Origin: Verrucomicrobiia bacterium | Lineage (GTDB): Bacteria; Verrucomicrobiota; Verrucomicrobiia; Limisphaerales; JADJPG01 | DNA: 48,451 nt | Direction: 5' to 3' | NCBI GenBank assembly: GCA_035715125.1 | Contig: DASTLJ010000153.1 | Span: 1 to 48,451, forward strand | Part shown: positions 31,447 through 40,227 of the stretch, piece by piece | Numbering within the stretch: position 1 is the first letter of the stretch | How the letters are laid out: each line of letters opens with the position of its first letter | Notes under the pieces: model-generated | What the model was told of the DNA's origin: nothing | Databases searched by the model: none | Seen by the model: the letters and a program-made list of their open reading frames with translations, nothing else | Program-made: the position numbers and the translations under genes

Positions 31447-34212
31447 TTACGGCCGCACCTGGAAAAATCTCGTCGGCAACGTCCCGATCGGCCGGGTGTG
31501 CGGACTGGTCGCGCCGGCTACTTCCTTCCACGTCGCGCGAAGATCCTCGGATTCCAGCAGCGTTCCGCCGCCGGACCATTCGATGACGAACGAGTTGCCC
31601 TGCCGCCGGATGCGCACGTCGTCCGCGGCCGTTCGTTCCACCCGAAGCTTCACCGAGTCGAAGTCCACGTAGGCGTCATCGGCGTTGCTCGTTTTGCCCA
31701 GGCGAATCACCAAGGGCTGGCCGAGCCCCGAGGGTGCCGGGCCGGAGTCGTAAGCCGTCGAAACGATGTAGAATCCGCCGGCCGCGCCGGGAGCATTCGC
31801 GGACTGGATGCCACTCAAGGTCGTTCCACCGGCCAGCAACAAGAGCCGGTATCCGCCGAACGTTCCGATGTTGCGCACGCCGACGGCGGCGGACAGGGTG
31901 TAGTGGGTGTTGGGCTGGAGGGTCGCGCTCAATTGCTGGCTGAAATAACTGTCAGCCGGGCCGTCCGAAACGCTGGCGATATTCGCACCGGTCATGTTTG
32001 GCAGGATGCCCGAAGCGTTGGGATCGATGATGAACAAACTGGAATAGAGGCTCAGGCCCGGATTGATGCTCCAAAAGACCGACGCGCTGCCGCCCGCGCC
32101 GACCGCGCCGGCATTGACGGTCGTCCAACCGTAAACGCCGCTGGTGTTCACGGCTCCATCGGCTTGTCCAAAGGCTTCGAAGTCGGCGTTGACGATAGAA
32201 GCCTGGCGGATTGAATTGGAGTCCGGGAACGCCGCCGCGATGGCCGAAGCCCATCGCAACGCATGGACTTCGAGCCCCGCCTGGTTGAAATGCACCCCGT
32301 CCGCCAAATAACCCAACCCGCCGAAGTCATCCGTGGTTGGCCCCGGGAAAGCGTCGGCCGATTGCGTGATGGCGTCGTTCTGGCCTTCGATGATGGCCGG
32401 CCAATTCTCCGGCGGCGCCTGGGGGTGATACGACACTCGCGCAATGCCCCACGGCACCGACCAGCCGGCGTCGAGCCTGCTCTGGGCGATGATCGCCCGC
32501 AGGCGGCTGGAATAGGTCGCCGCGCTCGTGCCATCGATGGAGTCGGACTCACCCTGGTGCCAGAGCACGGCTTTGCACCCATTCGGCCCGAAGTATCGAA
32601 GGCCCCCTCCGAGCCTGTGATACCACATTCCGCCCGGCAGCCAGTCCGCGACCGTTGTGCTGCCCAGCGCCACCGAGTAAAAGCCGACCGGCACACCGCA
32701 CCGCGCCACGCACAGATCGCCCAACTGCGGCCACGGCGAACCGCCAATGCCCGTTGCGACAGGCTGCGGATCATTGGCCCGCTGCCAGCGGCTCGAACCG
32801 GCGACCGCCAGCGCGCTGACGCGGTCGTCCTGCGGCGTCTGGGCCGGCGTGCCATCGTTTGCGGCGTTGGATTGGCCCACGGTGACGAAGATGTCGCCAA
32901 CGCCAACGGGTTCAACGGCGCCCTGGCCGAGTTCGGTGCCGCCCTGCAGGGCGCGGACTTCGATGCGATACCAGCCGGCGGTGACCGTCAGGCTGCCCGC
33001 AAATCGGCCGGCGACCGGCGCGTTGTCGAACACGGTCCAATCAGTCGCCGTGCCAGCGAAACCGGTCCGCGGCAGCGCCCGCGCCTCGAAACGCGTCGGA
33101 GCGCCCTGGTAAACGCCGCTCAAGCGCAGGGCCGCTGTGTTTTGCGCGCCGCGCTGCACGATGGCCCGGGGCGTTGGTTGCAACACAGTGAATGGGGACT
33201 GGGACACATCGTATTCGAACTTGAAGTTCGGCCCGAGGTAGGAGCCGGTGTCGTTGCGCGGGACGAGCGGACGCATGAAACTGTTGCCGATGTTGAATCG
33301 GCCTTCCACCCACTGGATGCCCGGCGCCGCCGCCACCGAGGCCTCGCGCGCAATCGGCTCCGCAGTCGCCGCGGAAAACGTTTGCGCGCCGATGACGTAA
33401 CGTCCGGGGCTCAATGTCACCGGAGTCACTGCGACGAAACTGATGCCGTCTTCCAGGGTCACCTCCGCCCCCTGCGGCACGGAGTTGGAGGCGAGCAACG
33501 CGCCGGCTTGATCCCAAAGCCCGACCATCGCCGCTTCCGACGTGCCGTTGAAGTGGTGCTTGCCCAGGTGCGTCACGCGAATGGGGGTGGTCACGTCGAA
33601 TGCAAAGCCGGCCATGAAATCGCTTCGGTTCGTGCCGACAGCGCTGCGCAAGGACAAGGCAATTTCAGAGACGACCAGCTCAAACTTGAAGTTCGGGCCA
33701 AAATACGATCCGCTGTCCGCCCGCACCGAGGTCGGAAGGCTGAACGCGCTGGTCAGGTTGTACCGGCCTTCGACCCAGCGCACGCCGGCCGCGCTGGACA
33801 GCGTCGCCCCGAACACGAATCCTTCGGTCCCCGCCGTCGCGAAGGTCTGCGCCCCAATCACGTAGCGGCCCACCGGCAAGTTCACCGGCGTGATGGGAAC
33901 GTAACTGACTCCGTTCTCCAGCGTCACACCGGCGCCTTGCGGCACCGAGGCGGAACTCAGGAGCGTGCCGCCGCTGTTCCAAATTCCGACCTGTGCCGAT
34001 TCGGAAGTGCCGTCGATGTGGTGTTTGCCCAGGTGCGTAAGCCGGATCGGCACCGTCACGTCGAAGGCGTAGCCAACCACGAAACTGCCATGGTTGGTGC
34101 TAGCCGACAATTGCACCGTAAACGCCGCGCTTGCGCGGACGTCAATCAACCCTGTCCCGAAGAGTGTGACGAGCGCCGCCGCCCAAAGAATCCTGCCCAG
34201 GAACTGTTTCAT
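31447..34212 (-). CDS. Secreted carbohydrate esterase: two DUF4082-like modules + sialate O-acetylesterase (SASA)-like domain + C-terminal ..RFFQV module
   Basis: Signal peptide MKQFLGRILWAAALVTLFG. There is a tandem pair of ~150-aa modules. The esterase motifs are VTVGQSNAAN, VLWHQGESD and ADGVHFN. Confidence 0.8.
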   Translation of the reverse strand: MKQFLGRILWAAALVTLFGTGLIDVRASAAFTVQLSASTNHGSFVVGYAFDVTVPIRLTHLGKHHIDGTSESAQVGIWNSGGTLLSSASVPQGAGVTLENGVSYVPITPVNLPVGRYVIGAQTFATAGTEGFVFGATLSSAAGVRWVEGRYNLTSAFSLPTSVRADSGSYFGPNFKFELVVSEIALSLRSAVGTNRSDFMAGFAFDVTTPIRVTHLGKHHFNGTSEAAMVGLWDQAGALLASNSVPQGAEVTLEDGISFVAVTPVTLSPGRYVIGAQTFSAATAEPIAREASVAAAPGIQWVEGRFNIGNSFMRPLVPRNDTGSYLGPNFKFEYDVSQSPFTVLQPTPRAIVQRGAQNTAALRLSGVYQGAPTRFEARALPRTGFAGTATDWTVFDNAPVAGRFAGSLTVTAGWYRIEVRALQGGTELGQGAVEPVGVGDIFVTVGQSNAANDGTPAQTPQDDRVSALAVAGSSRWQRANDPQPVATGIGGSPWPQLGDLCVARCGVPVGFYSVALGSTTVADWLPGGMWYHRLGGGLRYFGPNGCKAVLWHQGESDSIDGTSAATYSSRLRAIIAQSRLDAGWSVPWGIARVSYHPQAPPENWPAIIEGQNDAITQSADAFPGPTTDDFGGLGYLADGVHFNQAGLEVHALRWASAIAAAFPDSNSIRQASIVNADFEAFGQADGAVNTSGVYGWTTVNAGAVGAGGSASVFWSINPGLSLYSSLFIIDPNASGILPNMTGANIASVSDGPADSYFSQQLSATLQPNTHYTLSAAVGVRNIGTFGGYRLLLLAGGTTLSGIQSANAPGAAGGFYIVSTAYDSGPAPSGLGQPLVIRLGKTSNADDAYVDFDSVKLRVERTAADDVRIRRQGNSFVIEWSGGGTLLESEDLRATWKEVAGATSPHTRPIGTLPTRFFQVRP

Positions 34213-34397
34213 ATAGTTTTGCCTGCCGTCCGCGATGCTCGAAAACTCTCCTCCCCTAATCCACAGGGTATAAAAGTCGGAGAGCGATTCCTAAAACGAC
34301 TCGTTCGAAATTGGAACCGCGCCTCCATAACAGAAGGGCCGCGGGCTGTCCAGCCTCACATCGCAAAAACTTCAGAGGAGCGGTCCTCCGTCTGGAC

Positions 34398-34493
34398 CGC
34401 CAACGTAGGGCAGGCGTCTCGCCTGCCCAGCGCCGACGGCGCGTCCCCGTTTGGCCGCTGCGCGGCCAGGGCAGGCGAGACGCCCGCCCTACG
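34398..34493. repeat. REP-like palindrome, 'GGCAGGCGTCTCGCCTGCCC' family (copy 2), intergenic
   Basis: CCGCCAACGTAGGGCAGGCGTCTCGCCTGCCCAGCGCCGACGGCGCG...GGGCAGGCGAGACGCCCGCCCTACG, between the gene start at 34212 and the gene stop at 34501. Confidence 0.85.
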
Positions 34494-34500
34494 CTCGGAT

Positions 34501-35880
34501 TCACGGGCCGGCCTGAAGGCTCACAAGTTCTCGCAGTTCGGCCGTCGGAATCCGCCACGGGCCCAGCAGCGCTGTGTCCACCACCAACGCCTCCGCCTCG
34601 ATCCGTGTCGCCCGGGACCGCCAGACCGACCCGTCGAAGGTTCGCGCCTCGAAGGCCGCGGGCGACGTGGACGCCTGCCGCAGCACCACTGCGGCCACCT
34701 TGCGGCCGATCTCCAGGCTTCGCCGCCCGAACAACACCGAGCCAAGAACGACCCGGCCGTTGGTCACGCATTGAAACTCGCCGTCCACAAAATCGCCATT
34801 GCTCAACAGGACTCCACCCCGCCCCACCGGGAATTCCTCCGCACCGTCCAGAGGCCGAAACTCCAATCGCGCCACCTGCCGCGTGAGCACGCGCAGCCCC
34901 TTCTTTTCCGGAGACAGCGTCACTGCCGTGTCGTCCACGCCCCGGAAGTGGTCCGCGATGATCGTGCCGTCCCGGAGGACGATCCGTGGGGTGAACCCGG
35001 CGCGCGGCTCCAGGGATCGTGCGCTCACGTGGTCGAATTCGGCGGTGGCGGGAGACCCGCGGCGCCGGCTCGCAGCCGCCAGGCCGACATAAATGCGGTC
35101 CGGCAGGCCGGCTTCGGTTTTGTCCAGGGCCTGCCACCGGCGGCCATCGGTGGAATAGAATCCCGAAATTGTGTTGCCTTCGCGCCGGAGCTTGACCCAA
35201 TACGGCGGCTTCAAGTCCGGCCGCCGCTCGTCCGTCGTGCTGACGCCGCGGGTCCTGCCGCGCCGGAAGTGCGCCCCGCCACCGCCGGAGACAGCCATCA
35301 TGAGGGTGAACGCATCCGAATCGAGACTGGCACGCATGACCACGCCCGCCCTGGCCTGCTGATCCTTCTGGTCCCGCGGGGTAATGCTGGCGACGCGGGC
35401 GACTATCTCGCCGTCGCCACGAAACGGCTGGTAAACGAAGTGAAAGCCCTCCTCGCTCTCGACCCGCGCCGGCCGGGACGACTCGACCGTGAACCGCCCT
35501 CGATAATGCACCGCGCTGCCGGGCTCTTCGAGCCGGCCGAGGTCCACGTTCTGCCACGGTTCGGGCAGCGCGCCGCGTTCCTCGTCCATGGCCAGCGGCT
35601 TCAGGCGCGGACTGAGGGGCGGGGGAAGATTCGTCGGGTTGGTGAAGTCGGCGCGAAGCAGGTTTGAGAGGGCCACACGAACGGGCGGCGCGTTCGATGG
35701 CGTGACCAGAAGGGCATCGGGAGCCTCCAGGTGGATGTGGCCGCAAAGGAGACTGCCATCGAGCGTTTGCACAGTGCCGGCATTGGCCGGCGAGATCGCG
35801 CCGGAAACCAACGCCGCCAGCAGCATAGTTTCAAGCAGTCGCTTGTTCCGCCAGACCCATGAAAAGACGACGTGCGGCAC
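34501..35880 (-). CDS. Secreted protein with ConA-like/DUF1349-like lectin domain
   Basis: Contains FHFVYQPFRGDGEIVARVASI..ARAGVVMRASLDSDAF..YWVKLRREGNTISGFYSTDGRRWQAL..IYVGLAAAS. The start is uncertain: GTG 35880 gives an n-region with WRNKR before LLAALVSGAISPANA, and ATG 35826 is the alternative. Confidence 0.6.
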   Translation of the reverse strand: MPHVVFSWVWRNKRLLETMLLAALVSGAISPANAGTVQTLDGSLLCGHIHLEAPDALLVTPSNAPPVRVALSNLLRADFTNPTNLPPPLSPRLKPLAMDEERGALPEPWQNVDLGRLEEPGSAVHYRGRFTVESSRPARVESEEGFHFVYQPFRGDGEIVARVASITPRDQKDQQARAGVVMRASLDSDAFTLMMAVSGGGGAHFRRGRTRGVSTTDERRPDLKPPYWVKLRREGNTISGFYSTDGRRWQALDKTEAGLPDRIYVGLAAASRRRGSPATAEFDHVSARSLEPRAGFTPRIVLRDGTIIADHFRGVDDTAVTLSPEKKGLRVLTRQVARLEFRPLDGAEEFPVGRGGVLLSNGDFVDGEFQCVTNGRVVLGSVLFGRRSLEIGRKVAAVVLRQASTSPAAFEARTFDGSVWRSRATRIEAEALVVDTALLGPWRIPTAELRELVSLQAGP

Positions 35881-36108
35881 CAATGTAGTGAAGAGTCCGC
35901 GGCATGGATGGCAGATTGCGACTCGCCTCCGGTAGTTTTGGACTGCGGTGCCAAGCGCAGCGCGACACCGCTTTGGCTCGTGTGGCCAAGGGCCGGCCTC
36001 CAGCCAAAGCGCCGTCGTCGCTGCGCTTTGCCGGCGCACTCCATGAAGGAATTTAGCGGCTGGCTTCAGCATGTCCGCACGTTCTGACGCTCGCGTCCTC
36101 CCGGACTA

Positions 36109-37740
36109 TCAGTCGAGCTTCACGTCGCCGCAGAAATGCACGTTCAACCCCAACTCGGCCAATGCGGCGGCCTTGATGCGCGCGGCCCGATGGGCCTGCC
36201 GTTCGCTGGGAACGTAGACGACCTGGATATGATTGGCCTTGTGGCGCGCCATCATTTGATCACGGCTGACGCCCTTCAGGACGGCGTGCATGATGGGCCA
36301 CTGCGAAGTCGTTTCACGCCAGCGGCGCTCCGTCTCCTTAGGCGGCAGCTTCACGACTTCCGCCACGCCGAGGTCGCAGTGCAATCGGCCGTTCATGATG
36401 AACACCCGGCTCCAGACGACATGGCCCGGCTTGCTGACGCCTTTGCAAGTCCCGCCGCCGAGGCGGAAGTACATCGGGGGCTGCCGTTCGCTCACCGCGC
36501 CGCGGTAGCCGCCGATGAAATGTGCCGGCGGCGCGGCCCCCGAAATGAGGAAGACCCAAACGAAATCATCCACGCCCGCGCCCGTGAATGGCTCGCCCCA
36601 GCGCAAATCGTGCAGCGTATTTTCAGGAGCGAAGCCGAGGTGGCGCCAGAGTTGGTACGTCAGCAGCCCATCCAATCCGGCACACTCGTCCACTTCATTG
36701 AAGTGCGGCAATGCCTGGCCTGCGAACAGGACGCGGCCGGTGCGGTCGCACTTCACCGGCGGTCGATCCACGTTGTTGAGCAGGCCCTCGGCCAGGTCGC
36801 TGGCGGGTGTGAGGTCCTTCAACCCCTGCTGGTATTGAATGCCGATGGTGGCGCAGCCGAATTCGTCGGCCAGACGCACGGCAGCGACGTACATCCGGCA
36901 TTGCTGCAGCGTCTGCTTCTCGGTCAACTCCGTTTCATCATCACGGCCCCAGGCGAACTTCATCCCGCGCTTCTGAAGCCAGTTCAAGACGCCGCCCGCC
37001 GCCGCGCCGCCGACGCGGAGCGTCTCGGCATACAGAGTGGATTGGCTAAGGCGTTCCTTGAAGAGGCCGGTGGGGTGGAGCAATTCGTCGGGGAGGATGG
37101 CATTGTACATCCCCATGCAACCCTCATCGAACACGCCCATGATCGCCTTGCGCCGGCGAAACTCGCAGGCAAAATCCCGCCCGAGGTGCTCCTCAGCAGG
37201 CGGAAGGGTGTGCGCATCGAGGTCCCGGACATGGCGCTGATCGTGCGTGACCGAGCCCGTCGCCAGCCATTCACGCAGGCCGGCGCGAAACTTCGCGTCC
37301 TTGAACGTTTCGCTCCAAAGCGTGCTGTAGCGAACGCCGGCTTTTGTCATCGAGCCGTTCAGGTTCAACATGCCGACCAGGCCCGGCCAGGCGCCGCTCC
37401 AGTTGGCGACGGTGAGGATGGGCCCGCGATGAGTCGACAACCCTGGCAGGACGTGATGGCTGTATTGCCAGACGCTTTCGGCGACGAGGAGCGGGGCGGC
37501 CGGGTCGAGCTTGCGAAAGACGTCCATGCCCATTTTCTGAGAATCGATAAAGCCGTGGCGTTTGGCCGGATCCCAGGCGTGCGCGCGGACCAAAGTCCAG
37601 CCTTGGGCCTTGAGGGCGCGGGCCAGAGCGGCTTCCATCCGGGCCTGCTCAGGCCAGCAGGTCTGGTTGGCGCACAGCCGCAAATCGCCGCTGGCGACGA
37701 GATAGGCGTGGCGCGATCCGAGCGGCGCAGGCGTTTTCAC
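36109..37740 (-). CDS. L-fucose isomerase-like family protein
   Basis: ORF 36109..38445 trimmed to GTG 37740 (MKTPAPLGSRHAYLVASGDLRLCANQ), giving a GTGA overlap with the upstream stop at 37737. Contains FDEGCMGMYNAI, GCATIGIQYQQGL and a C-terminal beta-barrel region. Confidence 0.7.
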   Translation of the reverse strand: MKTPAPLGSRHAYLVASGDLRLCANQTCWPEQARMEAALARALKAQGWTLVRAHAWDPAKRHGFIDSQKMGMDVFRKLDPAAPLLVAESVWQYSHHVLPGLSTHRGPILTVANWSGAWPGLVGMLNLNGSMTKAGVRYSTLWSETFKDAKFRAGLREWLATGSVTHDQRHVRDLDAHTLPPAEEHLGRDFACEFRRRKAIMGVFDEGCMGMYNAILPDELLHPTGLFKERLSQSTLYAETLRVGGAAAGGVLNWLQKRGMKFAWGRDDETELTEKQTLQQCRMYVAAVRLADEFGCATIGIQYQQGLKDLTPASDLAEGLLNNVDRPPVKCDRTGRVLFAGQALPHFNEVDECAGLDGLLTYQLWRHLGFAPENTLHDLRWGEPFTGAGVDDFVWVFLISGAAPPAHFIGGYRGAVSERQPPMYFRLGGGTCKGVSKPGHVVWSRVFIMNGRLHCDLGVAEVVKLPPKETERRWRETTSQWPIMHAVLKGVSRDQMMARHKANHIQVVYVPSERQAHRAARIKAAALAELGLNVHFCGDVKLD

Positions 37741-38054
37741 ACATTGAATTCGTCCCAATGCTCCTCGACGAAGCGGCGGATTTGCTCGCGACGGCCGCCC
37801 AGGATCGCGGCGAAGTAAAGGTTCGGCGGTACCATCAGGCCAAAAAGCAGGGCAATCAGGGGCAGGAAGAAAGAGTCGGAGGCGCGCATCGCGAGGTTGA
37901 AAATCACCGAGCAGCACGCCAGCAGCAGGACGCAATGGAGGTAAATCGCATTGCGCGAGTACGAGGTGCAACCGCCCCAGACCTTCAACAATTGGCTGCC
38001 GTTCAACTTTCTGAGTTCGGGTACGAACCAACCGAAAAGCGCGCCGATCTTCAT
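37737..38054 (-). CDS. Small hypothetical membrane protein
   Basis: MKIGALFGWFV... has two or three hydrophobic segments. It is translationally coupled (GTGA) to the isomerase-like gene. Confidence 0.45.
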   Translation of the reverse strand: MKIGALFGWFVPELRKLNGSQLLKVWGGCTSYSRNAIYLHCVLLLACCSVIFNLAMRASDSFFLPLIALLFGLMVPPNLYFAAILGGRREQIRRFVEEHWDEFNV

Positions 38055-38128
38055 GCAGGTGCGCGGAGGGTATTCCAAACAGCCCGCCAGGCAAGCACTG
38101 GCTGGTCTGCACTGGATGGCAGAACGCG

Positions 38129-38197
38129 GTAGGGCGAGGCTCCCGCCGAGCCGAAACTTTCGGTTTAATCGCGGCTCGGCGGGAGCCTCGCCCTACC
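38129..38197. repeat. REP-like perfect palindrome, 'GGTAGGGCGAGGCTCCCGCCGAGCCG' family
   Basis: Perfect 26-bp arms at 38129-38154 and 38172-38197 around a 17-nt loop, located in a divergent intergenic region. Confidence 0.9.
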
Positions 38198-38257
38198 AGC
38201 GTATTGGATCGGAGTTTTTGCTCGAAAGGTTTCCGCAATGGGGTAAAGGATTCCGTC

Positions 38258-38638
38258 ATGCGATCGGATCGTGCAATACTGCTGTTTGTCGCGCTCGCTT
38301 GCTTCGGCTGCGGCTGCTCCGGGGGCCACAGGACCGCCAAGGATCCCCTTGCTCCGGTGACTTCCAGAGTCCCGCAGCCTGCCAGGCCTCCCGGCCTCAT
38401 CGTCACGCCCGCACCGGCCAACCGCGGCAGGATTATACTCGTCAATACCAGCGGCCGCTACGTGGTGCTTAGTTGCCCGTTCGGCTACATCCCCGCCATC
38501 GACCGGCGGCTGAATGTTTACCGTGGCGGCCTCAAAGTTGCCGAAATCAAAATCACCGGCCCGCAACGCGACACCAGCACCGTCGGAGACATCATCGCCG
38601 GGGAATGCCAGGTGGGCGATGAGACGCGCGAAGAGTGA
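38258..38638 (+). CDS. Hypothetical lipoprotein
   Basis: Internal ATG 38258 gives MRSDRAILLFVALACFGCGCSGG, a signal peptide with a lipobox-like Cys. Confidence 0.5.
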   Translation: MRSDRAILLFVALACFGCGCSGGHRTAKDPLAPVTSRVPQPARPPGLIVTPAPANRGRIILVNTSGRYVVLSCPFGYIPAIDRRLNVYRGGLKVAEIKITGPQRDTSTVGDIIAGECQVGDETREE

Positions 38639-38644
38639 AAAGCT

Positions 38645-38947
38645 TCAACCTGCAGACTTCGCCGACTTTGCCGCCGCCTTCTTCTGGTAGGGCGAATGGA
38701 GGTTGAAATAAATGCCGCACAGCGGGTGATCGGTCTCTGACTGGCTGAGAATGATCGTGACCTGCCGATCCAGGGCGATACCGTGACGCAGGTTTGGACC
38801 GCGGCCCTCGTATTCCTTGATGGCCTTTTCGATCAGCGAGCGAAGCGAAGCCTCGCAGTCATCCGGCGCCTTATCCAGGCACACGATGTATTTCTCGTAG
38901 GCCTTGAGGGCCTCGGCGATCTCGGGTTTGAACGTGTCGGCGGTCAC
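38645..38947 (-). CDS. Hypothetical protein (100 aa)
   Basis: The amino-acid composition looks non-shadow (rich in K/E/I/Y). No family recognised. Confidence 0.45.
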   Translation of the reverse strand: MTADTFKPEIAEALKAYEKYIVCLDKAPDDCEASLRSLIEKAIKEYEGRGPNLRHGIALDRQVTIILSQSETDHPLCGIYFNLHSPYQKKAAAKSAKSAG

Positions 38948-38997
38948 GGCGGCAGGATAGAGGCGGCGTGGGCGATTTCAAACTTCAAGTGAGCGCT

Positions 38998-40227
38998 TCA
39001 GTTCCCGCCGGCGCGCCAGCCGGTTTTCTCGATGCGTTCCAGTTCCGCGGTGATGTTCGTGCCCTGGTGGAAGGAGAGCCAGCCGGTGAGGCGGCGGGTT
39101 TGGCCGGGCGGGCAGTCGGGGAACTTCGGGTCGGAGTGCAGGCAGGGCACGGGCGGGTTGGCCCAGGCGCGGTCGCACGGATCCCAGGCGGTGAGAATCC
39201 ACTTCGTGCCATCGTCGGACCGGCAGGCGACGTAGGGTTTCTGGAACAGCTTGTTCGCGTTGGTCAATGCCGTAAACCCGGCCGCGGCTTTGAGCATGAC
39301 ACAATTTTGAACGCGCAAGTCGCGGAGGATCTCGCTCGTGCCGTTGGTGAGCGTGAGTTCCATGCGCACGGCGTCGGCGCCGGGCTTCACTACGGCGCCA
39401 AAGCTGATGCCGTTGGGCAGACGGCGGGCGATGCGCAAGACGCCGCCGGAGTCGGAACGATCCCACTCAAGCGGATCGAGCTTCGTGCCCTGCTTGTCGA
39501 AGATCGTCGGAATGTGCGTGTGCGCCAGGTAGGTAAGGCCGAGGTGGGACCAGAGGGCTTCAGGCACGTCGATGACGACGTAGCTGGCGTCGTCCCACGG
39601 GGTGAAGACACTGACTTTGGTCTCCCGTTGCGGTCGGATGGCGCCTTCCAGGAAGCCGATGCGCGGGTGGCGTCCGCCGGGGTAAGGGAGCACTCTCAGT
39701 GGCGCGCCGGTGAGGCGCCTGGGTGGCGGGACATTTTCAAGCCCGAGCCTGCGCAACGCGGATTTGACTTCAGGCACGTCCAATCCCGTTGCGTCGCCCA
39801 TCTCTTCGGGGGTAAAGCGGTGCCAGCTCATGTTGCGCAGCCAATAAGCGAGGTCCGCTTCGTCGCGTGGCGGGCGGCAGTTTGACGGTTCGGCGGCTGA
39901 GGCGCCTGAGGCGACTGAGGCGAGGATCAAAGAAAGCACTGCGAGCAGGAAAGTGCTCCCCGAATTCTCGTGCGCAGGCTGCCCGTGAACCGAGACGGAG
40001 CGCCGAGCTCCCGTTCGGCGCGATCCGGCGCTTGGGCCGCTCCGAGCGGCGGTTCGGCGCTCCGGTTCCTGGGCCGCCTCGACCTCCAACTTTGGACACG
40101 TACGGGAGCCATGAATCGTCGCCCTGGGAGCGCCGGCATCCTGCCGGCGAGTTTTTCGATTCACAACCAAGTGACTCGCCGGCAAGATGCCGGCGCTCCC
40201 AGGGCAGGCAGGCGAATCGCAACTCAT
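38998..40227 (-). CDS. Hypothetical secreted/anchored protein; true start uncertain
   Basis: The conserved-looking body starts at the hydrophobic segment STFLLAVLSLILASVASGASA (about 39980). There is no ATG/GTG/TTG in frame just upstream of it. The only ATG (40227) forms an ATGA overlap with the upstream stop, and that reading passes through a REP element. Confidence 0.55.
   Translation of the reverse strand: MSCDSPACPGSAGILPASHLVVNRKTRRQDAGAPRATIHGSRTCPKLEVEAAQEPERRTAARSGPSAGSRRTGARRSVSVHGQPAHENSGSTFLLAVLSLILASVASGASAAEPSNCRPPRDEADLAYWLRNMSWHRFTPEEMGDATGLDVPEVKSALRRLGLENVPPPRRLTGAPLRVLPYPGGRHPRIGFLEGAIRPQRETKVSVFTPWDDASYVVIDVPEALWSHLGLTYLAHTHIPTIFDKQGTKLDPLEWDRSDSGGVLRIARRLPNGISFGAVVKPGADAVRMELTLTNGTSEILRDLRVQNCVMLKAAAGFTALTNANKLFQKPYVACRSDDGTKWILTAWDPCDRAWANPPVPCLHSDPKFPDCPPGQTRRLTGWLSFHQGTNITAELERIEKTGWRAGGN
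40123..40203. repeat. REP-like palindrome, 'GGGAGCGCCGGCATCCTGCCGGCGAGT' family (copy 2)
   Basis: CCTGGGAGCGCCGGCATCCTGCCGGCGAGT - 21 nt - ACTCGCCGGCAAGATGCCGGCGCTCCCAGG. Confidence 0.85.

Noticed and set aside
32263-35667. 1134-aa plus-strand ORF
   Set aside because: It is antisense to the esterase and ConA-like genes, Arg-rich and low in complexity, with no domain signatures. The same reasoning rejects 11832..14042, 5261..6757, 15576..16982, 21833..23515, 36136..37818, 43269..44450, 45499..46884, 20722..21678, 38968..39885 and 507..1820.
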